From Callorhinchus milii (taxonomy: Eukaryota), in the NCBI RefSeq assembly GCF_018977255.1, contig NW_024705306.1, forward strand, positions 1 to 55,465: a stretch of 55,465 nt of DNA, read 5' to 3'. Of the stretch, positions 35,240 through 49,700 are shown one piece after another (positions within the stretch are counted from its first letter, which is position 1; each line of letters begins with the position of its first letter). The notes beneath the pieces are model-generated. The model did no database searches. It worked only from the letters and a program-made list of their open reading frames with translations, and was not told where the DNA came from. Both the position numbers and the translations under genes were made by a program.

Positions 35240-36711
35240 GTAATTTGCAGGTCATTTTTCAGCATATGACCAACACCAGTTACATTGGGTTTTTTGCTGT
35301 GAGAGTAAGCCAGAGAACCAAGAGGAAACCCATGCAAAAAAGGGCAGAACAAACAAATTCTCCACAGAAAGGCACCCGTGTCAGGAATCGAACCCCCAGG
35401 ACCTTCTTGCTGTTCTCAAGTGTTACCCTGCCACCCAAATATTCTTGTAATTGGTCACCCCGAGTTATAAATGTATCCACCAAAGCAGTGGTTCCGAACC
35501 TGTGGTTTGTGAGTCACTGACAACCCCACGGACCACCATGCACCAATAAATGTAAATATCTATTCTAAATCCGAGTATCTGCAAACAGATACAACACACA
35601 TTCTATGTACGTGATCTGACCCAATAAAATAAATTATATATCTGCAAACACTTCCCACAAAGATTTTTCTCGGCCTATGAATGTCACTGTCTGCAAAATA
35701 AATATGCACAATTCCCGGCAGTCCAACTCGTGATTTTAGCTGGAGCCAACTGGATTACGACTTATGCCACTCAGTCACCACCTCCATATGCAGATGACAT
35801 ATGCGGGCTCTCCAAGACATTAATTTTGATTGTCATTTTCTGTTCGTGCCAGATATTCGTTTGTTAACATACCCATGTGCCTACAGCCTGTGAGAGCAGC
35901 CTTTATAATCAAAACCATGTCTTCCCTGCTTTTTGTAACTAAATTGTAATAATGTACTGTTTGAACTGTGAGGTATCGATATATCGGGCTGCATTGCGAA
36001 TGGTGTCACATCTCCTGGCTCGTGGCACGAGATCATATAGAGGCTACGCCCAAGCTGCGGGAAGTGATGTGTTTTATTGTGAGGATGCAGTGAAGCTCTC
36101 GTCTCCGGGGTGACTTGTGTGTTCCATTACGCTGGGGCGGTGAATATTAAAGAGTGAAGAGTTCCTGTCGTGTGCTCCCATGTTTCACGTAACGAGATTA
36201 TATTCTCGGCCAAATGCAGTGCCAAATTAATGTTTGGATGACACACTGAAGCGTGCGACTGTGGCTTCTATATCACTGCAACCTCGTGCTAGTTTCGCAT
36301 CGATATTTCATGAATCTGAAATAAAGCCTTGTTACAAAAATCAAGAGTAAATTCCTGCTGATAAAATATACATCGAGGCATTGGTGCTCATCTCATGTTT
36401 ACAGCCCTGCAGAGCCAGTGGTGGAAAATCTGCATTCCTCTGGTGGGGGCAGGTGTATCCATCGGACAACCACTATTGACTATCCCACAAAGTTGCTACT
36501 CATTTCAACAACCCCGGAGGGATGATGAGCTGAGTCAACCCCCAACCAGGATTTTAACATGCAACCAAATATCTACCATTGTAATTACCATGAAGTGAAG
36601 TGCGGTATTTATGTATGTGCTAATGCATCTATAATTTATTGCTAATGAGTGTAATGCTAAAGTTCTGTAAGATTGAGAATATAAAAAAATATTATGTAGA
36701 GGCCAAAATCA

Positions 36712-37738
36712 TATTCGTTGGGTCTTTCGGTAAAGTCACGTAGATAGGTTCAAAGAAAAAATAACAAAAAACTACGACGTTTGATCACAACACAAGCGAT
36801 CGTCATCAGGAGGAACAAAAGGGGGAAAGCTGCTGCGGCAGACTGTTTTAAAGGTTTAAAATGGAATATAGCCCAAGGGTCTTAAACGAAGTGGACAGGG
36901 CTAGTGATGTTAATGTGAGAAATTAGCGTGTTAATGTAAGATCGGAGAGCGGCCTCCACGAGGGCGCGGAGGTGGCGATGTTAATGTGAGAGATTAGCAT
37001 GTTAATGGAAGATCGCACAGCAGCAACGTCGAGCTGGCAAGCGAGGTGGCTGTGTTAGTGTGGAAATTTAACCTGTTAATGTAAAATCAGAGACCGAAAA
37101 TAAACTAACATCGGAAGGTGGTAGGATGGGAACATCACAGCCAGTTATGACTTAAACTGGTTGATAACGTCCTTCCAATGATTGCTCAGTTTATACCCAT
37201 CTTCTCGATTGAAGTTGTGTCTTCTGCATATGTGGATGGCTTCATGAACGAATCTTTGTTGATAGCCAGTGGGTTTGCAAAGTACCTTCGTCTTAGAGAA
37301 ATCAATTTCGTGTGAGCCCACCGCATTAAAACAATGATCAGCCACGGCCGAGGTATTGGTCCTACCGTGTTTCAGATCTGCCTTATGTTCACGAACACGG
37401 TCCGAGACATGTCGCTTAGTTTCCCCAATGTAACTACTGCCGCAGACACAGCTTAGTTTGTAGACGCCGGGTATTGCATGTCAGGGATCACATCCTTCAC
37501 AGATGGGATCAGATCACGAATTTTATGTACTGTGTTAAATCGAACCTGGATCTTGTGTTTGCTCATGATTTTGGAGATCTTTTTGGTGACCCCTGCTATG
37601 TATGGCAAGGTGATGGTTTTGATTGGGTCCTCAGATGGTTCTTTCCCAACGGTTGGGGTGATAGCTTTACGGATTGTGTAGTCTGAATATCCATTCATCT
37701 TGAGAGCTTGGTGTACGTGTTTCAGTTCACTGGCTAGG
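36712..37738 (-). mobile_element. Second copy of the same PLE family, frameshifted and cut by the N gap
   Basis: KTITLPYIAGVTKKISKI..KIQVRF, CYIGETKRHVSDRVREH and HNFNREDGYKLSNHWKDVIN closely match the 14.2-15.4 kb copy; pLTR at about 36712-36815. Confidence 0.9.
36904..37092. repeat. Three ~72-bp tandem units in the PLE 3' UTR
   Basis: GATGTTAATGTGAGArATTAGCrTGTTAATGkAAGATCG at about 36906, 36977 and (degenerate) 37050. Confidence 0.75.
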
Positions 37739-37768
37739 NNNNNNNNNNNNNNNNNNNNNNNNNNNNNN
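37739..37768. other. 30-N gap or linker
   Basis: Run of N. Confidence 1.
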
Positions 37769-40700
37769 AGGACCGGGCGGCCGGGTGAAGCGCACGGCGA
37801 GGAAAGGATAGCACCCTTTTTGTACACAAGACGACTGAGCGAGAGGTCTGATCAATCTAACAAGGCAGCTCGTATGTAACTGATGTATCCTGGAAGGCCG
37901 GGCATAGCGCTGGGCCCAGTTGTACAACAAAAGCACAACTATTTATGTACTGCGCACGGATTCGCTCGGCAACTTATTAGGCAGGAAAACCCCACTGGGA
38001 AACAGAGCCTAAGCGTGTACCCTGGCACGTTTACTTGCGAAGGGTCGCCCGAAAAAGTCTGTAGGGCAGCCCTCCCGGCTGGCCGGCTAATTATAGATTC
38101 GTAGTGAGCGGCGAGCCTCTGATACTGATGGCACTCTGGGTAGCATCAAGAGGATTCCCTACGATATAAGGATTTGTTTAATGTTCGCTCATTTCATCAG
38201 TACAGGGTAAAATGAAGATCCCGGTCGTTAGAACATGAATGAGTGCGTTTTCGAACCTGATTCTCCACCCATAGGGCACTTCTGGCTTTAGTCGGGCCTA
38301 CCGACGGATTACAGGAGCCATGCGTTAGGCTAGTTAACATCGTGCGAAAGGATCATCACCAATTTCAAGGAGAGGTGATTACAGTATTTAGTGGCTCCTG
38401 CTGAGAGTGGGTTAATTCTCTGTGCTGGGAACTGGTGTAAAAAGTGTTATCCCAATCGGGCGAGGAGAAGATGTAAAGATTCATTCGTTCAACTGGAGAA
38501 CAATCCTTAATATAAGACACTACTGCGATAGGCCGTAAGACAGGATCTTGCATTTAATATGCATGTGATTATGCCCCATCGGCATAGGGTGAGACCTGCG
38601 ATAATGAAGGACCCTTGGATAACTAGACAGGTACGTACAGCAAACACACTTAGCACATGACTGCTAAGCGTTCGCGATTAAGTCAACATCGCTCGCGAGG
38701 TGGATCAGCACAACCCGGGGTTACTTCCCAATTGCGCACCTTCCAGGAACGACGTACGACGCGGTTACCTGCTCTCTACCCGAAAAAGAGAAAGATAAGT
38801 AGAGAGTGTTAAATGCGGACGAGAGTGCGTTAAACATGTATTTATTCCGTAGTGTATAATAGGGACGCTGGCCTCTCGTAAACATCCGACCCGTATGCGG
38901 TAACATAGCTCGTTTGAACATTGAACATAGTGTAACTGACGCAACGCAGGGCTCGGGAGATGACACACTTAACAATGCAGTGCATACGATAAATCTGGGA
39001 AGATGGGTCGATTACGATAGTCACAGTGTATCATCCTTCTTTTACCCGCTCAGCTTAATGACGGGAGACGATTCCCCTCAATTTATTTGTAAGGGGTCCT
39101 GTATGCCGCAGTTTATCTAGTACCCCTCCAAACGAGGTCCTTCAGCCAGGTAAAGCATCATTCAGCAGAGATGTAGGGGGGGGTCAGCAGGAGCTTGGAG
39201 AGTATATGTCTCAACATACGTTCCCGAGGGACTATTATCGTATGGAATCAGAGCGAGACATTAGAAAATAAGCCGTCCTAATGTCCGCTATGTTTTTTTA
39301 CCTAGGTATGATCTACGTAGGTAGGGCACATCTTAAGAGGGAAGGCCTCTGCGACGGAAACCAAGGAGACGATATATCAATGGGGCCCCAGTAGTCCCGT
39401 GGGCGGTCGGGCTAGAACCATAGAGACCCAGTGCCCGTCATAGACATTCTCTCGTATTCGTACATGTTAAAGATACATCTTTTAGACTCTACCTTGCTTA
39501 CCCAATCGGGTATTCCGGCTGCATATGCTTTGGAGTATGTCAGCACAGTGTCCATTTATTACCTCTACAAGCACACGGTCTTTCAAATGTGCTGCGTTAC
39601 GGCTCTCGATTGCGCCTATAACACAATGGAAATAGGTCTATGTAAGGACAGATATTGGCCCTATACAGCAGGCCGAGGCTCCCCGCATTCCAAACATACA
39701 CGAGACTACCTTGTACCGAAATGTATTTTTCGTGCTACTCCTTGCAGCTCAATGAAGCGAAAAACATCCTTTCCCCAGCGCGTTTCTCGTAACTGTCCGG
39801 TGGGGGGCGACAGATCCAGAGACATATGACTCTGATCATCCAAACTACACACTTATAGGAGGAAGATACGCAACTATCCGACTACGACGCGGTTAGAGCT
39901 ATGAGATACTACAATTTGTCCTCTGACGCCGCGAGGCTATCGACATGTATGTTATAGTCAGCGTAAACGGGTGGCCCGGGCCTAGGCCTGCGAGCGCGTC
40001 CTTAGAGTAGTTTTCATGGGTGCTCGAAAGGATACTTCATATGCGTTTTGTTCCAGTGGATAAATTATGTTCCACGCGCAAATTGTTGGGGGTGGATGCT
40101 GACCCTGAGCTCTTGCTTAGCTCACGCCCCTCGATCCTGGGCCTATCACGCGAGGCGGGGGTTTACACAAGATTTGAAACTGGCCTTGGCTATTGCAATG
40201 ATTTGTATCTTTCTGCAGTCATGGGTAAGTCTGTGGCAGACTAAATTTGGAAGTAAGTGGGGGGGCATTCCCAAATTTGCGTCTCGAGGACAAATTCTAA
40301 CACAAGGCCTGGGAAGAGTGCGCCCCTTAGAGCGTCATATTGCACGGGCTAGTAAAATCCTGGGGTAATCAAAAACATAATTCACGGCCGAATATGCGCA
40401 AGTGTATCTTATAGTTTTTAACAATCTACGCTTTACGGGTTATCTTAGCTTGAAGTACATAATCACTAGAACGGACGGAAAAGCGAGACATCATCAACCG
40501 CGGCAGATTAGAGTGGTTGTTTTATTATCGATCCCAACGTCGGTCCTGTTTGCAGGATTGGAGTCCCTGTGGTTGGCGGAAACGATTCAGGCGATCTGGC
40601 GGCAGCTGTGGAGGGCGAGTTGATATAATATTATTCAGAATAACTCGCAGCCATGTTGCAACCGTTACACGCAGAAGAGCCTGGCGCTTGGATGGGAAAT

Positions 40701-43700
40701 ATACGGAGATTTCAAGTAGGTTCAGACCATTGAATTAACGCTCGATTCTGAAAGCAATCGGTCGTGGCGGAGACTAAGGCCATTATCGTATACGAAAAAT
40801 GTTCTCTTGCGACCACCTGATATGAGCGGTAAAGAGCGACTCAAAATCGAAGCAGTAAGGAAGTGGGGACGAGTGTTATGATCGTTCTAACCAAACGTAT
40901 GCGGGTAGTCTTAAATAGGGTACTAGTTAATTCACATTGAGCGCCGCCTCCTAGAAGACAAGACGGCTCCGCTGTATGTATGGGACTGATTCTGCACAAG
41001 ATGACGACATTCTTGAGTAGTGAGAAAGCACTCCGACGAAGCCAAGAAACTAAGATAGCGCCAGTGCCGACATTGCAACTGACCCTTATGTTTTATATTC
41101 CTCCAAGTGAGTTAATCAACAGTATGACCTCGCAAAGTCTGCGATGGACCTTGGATCGCATAGCGTTTTCAGGGGGGCACGTCACAGGCTTCGTGCTCAT
41201 GCGAAATATAGGTCAGCTCACCCATAGGGATTAACTTGACGTACTCTGTCGGCTATAGCAATAAGGGCGCGGTATCGCAATCTATCACAATCCTATGAAG
41301 GGGCCTGCCGCACACATGGTGCGGTATTGAGACGACAATATTGTTTTACTGGTCCTTCAACTAACTGAATGGTGATATGCAGGGACCTACGAAGGAAGGC
41401 TGGCCGTCACCTGCGGCTATAGACAACGCGCTTGTATAGGATGCCGCGACTCTAGCTGCGAATCAGTGGAGCACGAGAATTAGCCACCACTGCAAATTGG
41501 ATTGCTTTTCTTTAGTTATGTCTGTGAAGATGAACTGCCTCTTCGGACCCGACGAGTTGTCCTCGAGGACGGAAATGGAGCGGAACCATATCCACGAGGG
41601 GACGGTTGTTGAGGTTCTCTGAGGATAACGCACCCAGTACATACGTTCTCATCCATAACGCTTTATGCAACAGCGCTCTACGAGGCCATGGCATTAGTAT
41701 ATGTTGCAAATGACAACGCCAAGGTGTAGACTGCTTAAGCTATAGAACCATACAGTGGGGGACAAAGTGGCTAGAGTATTGGCAGGGTTTTATATCTATT
41801 ATACCAAAAGTCAAAGTGGGCTCAGGCTCTAGCTGGGTCCCGCCGTTTGAGACCGGAATATTGCTCAAGTTACGACCGCAGCATGAGGCTAGGGGTTAAT
41901 GGATGGACTCAAACTAATCCTAACTGTTGAAGGGAACTTGGATAGGTTTTACGTGTGCGTTGCCGGTTAGGAGCGCGTCTACACGCTGATCAAGGCCTCA
42001 GGACACACAGATAGGTCGTTTGAGGACGACAGCGACTAGGCACTCGGGAGGGACTTCAGTTATGAACGTGGTTTCTACTGACCCGAGTGCAGCAAGCCCC
42101 TCTTACCGGCCGAACGCTTTAATAATTTCGGGGGGCTGAGAGCAGCATGGCATCATCCCTCCCTCACGTTCCGGGAGTAGCTATTGGCGATACAGCAGTC
42201 CCACATGTAAGTAGGTACCTGGAGGTCCTGAAAGCTTTGCCGTTAGAACGAACAAATGCGGCTAGGAATGAATTTCTGGTAAAGAACTAAGTATGATCAG
42301 GAAAGATCACTTCGGTCCTGGACCTACCATCCCGATCCCCTTGGGGGTTTTGCTGAGCAAGTGGTCAGGCGCGTTCCGAACATGTTTACAAATTTTAACT
42401 GCCTCAAACTGATTATCAGGGACTGTATAGCGAGAAACCACGAGAAACATACGAGGCGTTGAAGGGCCGGGGGTGGGACTTGGGCTCAACAATCGAGCAC
42501 AATTCCAATTTGAGGGACACTTATTGCGTAGATGGAGTGCAAACCGCCGAACCCAATGAACCCCATAGAAGATTTCTGCAGCGATGCGTGGAAGCCCGCT
42601 CGCGTTTCCACCAGATTACAATCGATGGTAGTCTAATTAGGTTAGATTTTGTGTGTATAGCGTCGCCATAGGGATCCAGGTACGTTAAGGTCGGTACTAG
42701 TTCCTGAGCGTTGCAATAACTGGGAGATAGAGACCCAAGGGGCATGCTGGTACGATCAATAGCAATGTCGGAAGTAGGTCGGCGACAGCACCGTTTACTG
42801 TGAACCGGCTACCGAATAATGTAGGCCCCTCCTTCATCGGAGACCCCCTCGAGTATGGTGACCCCAAGACACTGCCATTGTCCATCATCTTATCTCGTTA
42901 ACTCTGACTGCATTGTTCGCTTCGGATCAAGGAGATATATTTCGTCAGTACGTCGTTCTAATGGTTCTCAGCCAGGTAGTGATGTCAAGAGGTCGCGACC
43001 AGTTTTTACTTGAGACCCGTTGGGCTCTATCACGCTTTAGCTCTTAGCCTAAGGTTCTGATCAACTGTGTCATTGATGGCGCACCCCATTTTGAAGGATG
43101 CCCGCTCAGAAAGCAACTTTGCCGTTCAGCCAATTTGCATCCCTCGCAAGGCCCCATGTTGTACCGCTGTCGGCTTTAAGCCTTTGGCTGTGGTTTCATC
43201 GAGCCGCCACTTGCACAACGTACCCGATCGAGACACTCAGTTATCACCGTTCCTCAATCCTACCCGATCGACGAGTCAGCAGTGAAAAGCGGCTCGTATG
43301 CGGTGTATGATCTTACGTTTTATCTAACCGTCGCATATGCACGGGAGTTAGTCCAAACGTAACTGAGGCTTAGCACATCATGACGCCAGTTGAGAAGCAG
43401 TTATATCTTCCTATGGTCACACTTAGAGGGCGCTCGGTTATATGGAGGCGCTTATAGTCGTTTATCCTAGCTCCCGGCGGTTGCATGTGACTTACCTATG
43501 GCGGAATTAGAGGAACCAGTTGGTACGAACAGTACGTCATCCTGTGGGACAAGGAAATGAAGATACTTGACTGGCCCCCATGTACAGTCACTACATTATA
43601 AGGTGTATAAAGTACTGAGCAGAAGTTTTGCTGCAGATTGAGAATTAAGGATCGGGTGATACCGATAGGATAATCTCAATCCCGGCATTGATTCACCGTC

Positions 43701-46700
43701 TCATAAGGCCCAGCAAGGGGTTTGGCCAGCCCTCATGTGCGTTCGTAACACCGGAGGCGCGATAATGCAGGACACATACTTCCACTTGAGCACACTTACT
43801 CACCAAACATCAGCCTCCAGTTTTCCGCAAACAAAACCCCATGGGCGTACCCATATCAACGGCGTACTAAACCTCAACGCGTTGACGGCTTCCTATTTTG
43901 CCCAGTTCACACGGGATTCTTCCCAGCGAGCCGATCTAAGTCGGCGCATTCACCAGTTGTACGCCTTCAGGTCCCACGATTGGTGCCTGGCCTGTGACCT
44001 TTCAGCAGCGGAGAGTGAACGTCCAGGATCAAGGACTGCCGGTCGGCTTTTAACCTTATATGCGCAGAATCCCCTCAACTTATTTATAATTCTCGGCCCA
44101 CTGCTACTGTTACCACCGGAAGATATATTTGTGCGTACTGATCCTACTGATCTCCGTCGAACTATTTGCGCCGCTCACCCAGAATTCGTCGACCTAATGT
44201 TACACTCACGCTGATTATGTGGGATCGCAGGCTCTTGACCAGATCTGTAATATAGTAAAAAAGATACAGACGATAGGTAAAAAGTAGAATTGGGATCATC
44301 CGATCTTATGAAAGCCCATGTCCCTAGGTTTGGAAGACATGACGTATCAATTTGACTGGAGACAGCGCGCTTTGTCAACTTAGAGATCTAGCAGTTGTGA
44401 ATATCAAAGGAACGCCGGCCGTATGGATGTTTGCGCATCGTATCCTCGCGTTGAAGGTTTACAAGGTGTTCAGGGAAAGCCAATATGGTGCGTCTGCCCA
44501 AATGCACAGCGCGTCTCATCGTTATGAAGGTAAATCGTGGTCTTCGGGTGGATTAAAGAGTGTCGACACGATTTGAGTAGTGGACCTTCTCTCAACAGTA
44601 GTTGCAGCTGACGAGAGGTGAGCGCTCGGTTGGTAAACGATACGTAAAAATCGCGTAGGCCGATGCGACAAAGAGGGACCCACGGAGTTGCATCAACAGC
44701 GACGTTTAAACCACGCGAAGGGGGTTTGTTTAGTTCGTGGAAGGGTATCAACCACATCAGCTCGAGCTATGCGAGACGTTAGTCCCACCGCAAGGCATCG
44801 GGCTGTATGTATTGAGGACCCTGACACATCCTCACAGGAGGGTGGCCGTCTCTACAGTCATCAGTCCTGGTGTAGCGTGTTAGCAGAGATTAAATCCATC
44901 AACAGGCACGAGCCGGCTTAGTAGCGAATCGCATTTAGTAGTGTGCTAAACCTGTATCTTCCTATACTGCCCGACTGTTCTTCAGGCGTGCTACAAGGCC
45001 ACGTCGGTATTGTGAGTGGCCGTCAATTCCCCTGAAGTATTTATATGCCTCCTCTGTACATAAGAAAAACTCTTATCATCCCACGAATGCAACGCCTACA
45101 CCCTACAGCTAACCAAGATGCCCGGTGTATCTATCCACGTTGGAAATCAATAAATTATTCTGGAAAGATAGCGCTAAGGCCACTAGGTGGGTATCCGCAA
45201 ATTATAACGCGACAACAGCCGCGCGACCCGGTTGATGTAATTAACGTGCTTCTGTCCACACCGTCTGTCAGATGATAGGGACGGCCGCGTCTAGATTGCG
45301 GAGAGGTCCAGGCATATATACTTACGGATGGAAGGAAGACTCGGGGCTTCAGTATATTGGGCTAGGGCGATCCACTTGTTTAGGCAGCCCAGGTATAATG
45401 TAGTCAGTTCCGGTCAAGAGTGTCTACGAATGCCACTCGAGGGAGTGGTGTTCGTGAATTGGATCGAACGAAGGACTTCAGGTCATATCAGCGCGTAATG
45501 GGACAAAATAGCGCCCAATACCTGATAAGACGAGATGCTGAGGTAAAAATACGGCGGGGTCCCCTTTGAGATGGCGGTCATACTGATGAAACCTGTCTAA
45601 AGCTAAGTCCGAGGTGCTGGACAAATGATTGGGCGAACCACTGCCCCGTCCGTTAAAGGCGAAACGGGGGAAAGGCCAGCCGTGAGACCCTGACGTGGGC
45701 TAATTATGGGATCGGGCCAGGGCACCCGCGGAGAACTTGAGCGTACTAAGAGCGGCTGGGATCGCGAGAGACGCTCGGACTGGAAAAGCGAGGGACCAAT
45801 CCCCACTCATATGAACGGTAGGCGCCGAGTTATAACGCTATCGGATATCCGCGCTTTGTAACGATAGAGCGGCAACGGTCCTGAATGAACACTTAATTAA
45901 ACCAAGAGGGCAGGGAAGTGCGACCTCCGAGGCTATTGTATCGGGATTAAAAGTACAGCGAAAGGCCCGGATTCATTGCACGATTCAAGCTTGCCAGTGT
46001 ATAGTGCAATAACATATCAAGCGGGCGCACCCCTGATCGTGTAAAGAGAGGGGAAGGCCCGAAGGGCTATATCGCCCGATAAGCGAATGCTACACAGCTT
46101 AAATGCGGACCCAGGTTCTGCCCCTCCCCGATAGTGCGCTTAGTCATGTTTATTAATCCTTCCCGGATAACAAGGTTCAGGGTGATCAAAAATTGGCGCC
46201 GCGGCGTCTGTCTTTGCTTAGGTTAGTTTAAACTCTACTTTCACCGTGCGGTGACGAATCCGTAGTGTAACGCTAGAGAAAGTCTAGTTTACCTGAAAGA
46301 CTTAATGACATGCTAGTCTCAATTCCCACCAATACCAGGTACTGTCGGCATACTTTAGGTAAAATGAGATACGGAGCACTTAGCTAGTGTTCTCGTCGCT
46401 GGGCGGCTGAAATAACCGAGAGTTGAGCTCACCGCCAGTGATGGCGAGAGATCTCGGAAAGCCATACAGCTCCGCATCGCAACGGTCAGTCTGAGGGGGT
46501 TCCGGAACTTTTTGAAGGACGGCCAACTGTATCTGGTAGTCCACATGACAATGACAGATTATCAGATGTTGGACGCGACGCCTTAGACGTTAGGCACGAC
46601 AGTAAAAGGCCGATTTAAAAAATAGCGCTCGTGCTCAGGACGGAATCACCCCGTCTACCCCCCATCTATGCTCCCTGCGGGTTGTGGTGGACTGTGGTGA

Positions 46701-49700
46701 CCGCCCCAGAAACTGACTGCTGGACATTTTCGAACACTAGTTATGGTGCGATATAACACTCGATTTCAGCCATGAACGCCCTAGTACACTTCCCCAACCG
46801 CATTCTCAACGCTAGTCGGAATGTGATGGATCGACTCTGTCCATATGTCACATACCCCAGAGATCCTATTTGGAGGGACTTCTAACACAAACTGGACGAC
46901 TGTGCGGACCTAGATGGTGACGCGGTCAGATATTGCTTCATAGGCTCAGGCGGGCCATTGTCTACACATCTGATAGGTAAAACGACCTTAAGCTTCGGCT
47001 CTTCGAACAGATATTAGAGCCTTAGTGTCGACTATCGCCGAGACAAATCTACGCGTTGAAAAAGAAGTAACGTAGCTTGCGTTGGACTGGAGGCCACTAT
47101 ACTGTGACCTAGGAGATTCAGTTTCATAATCCAATCCAATATATGATCGAATGCCATGGACAGTAATATACCAGTTAGTTCGTCAAAAACCTAATGAGTA
47201 AGAAACGCAGGACTCTTAGAGATGGCGGTACCATTTGTACGGTCCTAACGAGTACATTCAAAGCCTAATCTGACAGCCAGTATGCTGTACACAGAGGGGC
47301 TCAGACACGTGTGAAGCGGCCAGACCTTCAAGAGTCCAAAAAAAACACCTGCATGCGATAGAAGGTTTAGGTAAACGCCTAGGGGTAAATTGACCACTGA
47401 GACGATTATTCCCAAAGGCATCATCGAGCTTATTAACTCTTAGAGACCGTCACAAAGTAAGTATCCCATGCTCTGTGTCCGGTACTATAGGTGCATCCGC
47501 TGGCTATCATCTTATGGAACGAAAGTACATCTAATCGCGGAATTAAGTTCTCTTCAAATAGCCACGATCATGTCACGTACGCGTTTTTTAGAGTAGCTCC
47601 TGGTACCAGTGACATTCTAACTAACGTACGAATCAGCAAAGCATCAACTCCTGAGAAGCGCGTCGCCCCATTCAGCAGACGTGATCCTTGGACTTTCGCC
47701 TGGCCACGATCTCTAGACCAAAGACGAAAGTTGCTACTAGGCAGTTGAAGCTACAGGACTAGCGTTATTTGAATGAACTTTCAGGGCTTTTAGATTATCA
47801 GTGATCGTCCAATACTGAAGATTCCTCGGTGCGATGAGGCCTAACCGAAATCGGCGATATCGTGTGGGTTAGCATCTCTCAAACAGGATCGTCAGACGCG
47901 TCCGTGTCATAATCCTTAAGGAGGGGTAAAACGTTGTGGAAAAGCCAACGTTGCTCTTGAGTAACGCATGTGGTTTCCTGTCATTAAAGTCGAGTAAAGT
48001 AATGGGGAAAAAACTCACAGTATCGTGGTGGCGTACCATTTAGAACAAGAGCGTTGGGGACGCTGAGGAGGGATACTTAGCACTATAATTAAGTGCCGTT
48101 CTATCCTCAGTTTCACTCATAACGCATTTCAGCGCCTACTACATCTTTCCGTGCGTGCCCAGATAAATCTTGAAACCAGGATTGGGGACAAACTGGTCTA
48201 GGGTATGGGGGCCATTTCTACAAATGGCTTAAATAGCTAAAATATCGCTTAATCCAACCTAATGAGTCACAGGCCAGTCACACAGCATACAGATTATGTA
48301 GACATCGTCTATGGCTTCTTAGGTGAACAGACTTTTACAGTCGCAATCAGGATAATCCCTGTACCGCCAAAGTCGCCGTGAGCAGCTGCCACTATGGTAG
48401 ATAGTCGGCGGGACTCGTGCGAACGGGCGGACCCTTTCACAGAAATTGTTGCTGTGTTTGTCAGGCGAGGGTTACAGAACTCGAAAATGTAAAAGACGTT
48501 CTGACGAGCCGTGGGGCAAAGATTCGAGTCCGCTGGCGATGGTGTAATCGATAACCCTGGCCCTCGAACTAACCCAATCCGTAGCGTAGATGGGGCGGAT
48601 TGTATATCAGACCTAATCTGCCGATTTTGTGCGACCGACGTCAGAACTCTCCTGGTGGGCTAGAGCAGCGATTATATTCTGACGGCCGTACAGCCGGGGT
48701 AGCGAGGTGAGTTGTGGTATGGCGGTATGCTCTGGAAAACGCGGCTAGGGTAAGCTTATTGCGCATCTGTGGAGCAGAAGCTTTGAGACGGTTATCACAT
48801 TATTTCTCTGGGCATATGCGCACAAGGTCATCTTAATTGAAGAATTCTGCGTACCGCGATAGCGTTTGGCTCGATGCACTATAACGTCTACGTGATATCG
48901 CGTTTCTACCAGGAACGCAACAATCAAGCTTTAGGACCTTTACAAATCTCAGTCAGTGGACTATCTATCCTCGCTCAGGATTCCGCACCTGCTTCAGATA
49001 GTACTTGCCCTTGTAGGACTCTGGACGTGCTGATTTCAATCGTGACCGTGCCTTTCCGGCGCCATCACTTCTCGGATGCAAGCGATAGGGCGAAACGAGT
49101 TGTGGATCCGTTGACGATGTCCCTTCGGAGGCCCATATAATCACGTTTGCACACGTTTTCTGGGCAACTATGTCGTGAGCTTCAATTACGACTTCTTCGC
49201 CACATAATGCTAGCGACAACGCAGGGGACGAAGTATCATCAGACTTACAGCGCTGAACGGTTTGTCCCACGAACGGAACCGACCTATATAGTCGAATGCC
49301 ACAACATAAAATGACATCGAATAATCTAGAATAACCGGGAAAAGCTGCTTTTTACATCTAGCAGATCAGTCGGTAGGTTCGAGTCGACCACCGAATTCGT
49401 CGCACTTTATAGAAAAAAGGTTGAACTGCGCGACATTCCGGTCACGATCACCTACACAACATCTTCTCGCGTTCACCCTTATGCTGGCCGCAGCTATATG
49501 CACCTGGAGCATGTATTCATTGTGGGTACCAAATCTGTAATTCGTCTTGTGTGGAGCGATTACATTATGGGGCGGGCCCGCCGACACCCTAAGTTCTATC
49601 GACCTCGTTGTGATAGTATAGAAGTCTTTGATGTTTGAACCTACGTAAGAGTTTCAGTAAAATGCACTATCTCTAATATCAAAAGAATAAGACGCGCTCC

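Noticed and set aside
36904..37092. CRISPR-like repeat/spacer pattern (also 750-966)
   Set aside because: Few degenerate units, eukaryotic TE context, no cas genes
43735..44214. Longest ORF (159 aa) after the gap
   Set aside because: No recognisable motif; length attainable by chance
48501..48530. CTGACGA-GCC-GTGG-GGC-AAA hammerhead-like string
   Set aside because: Lacks G12 and a proper stem I; expected by chance in random-like sequence
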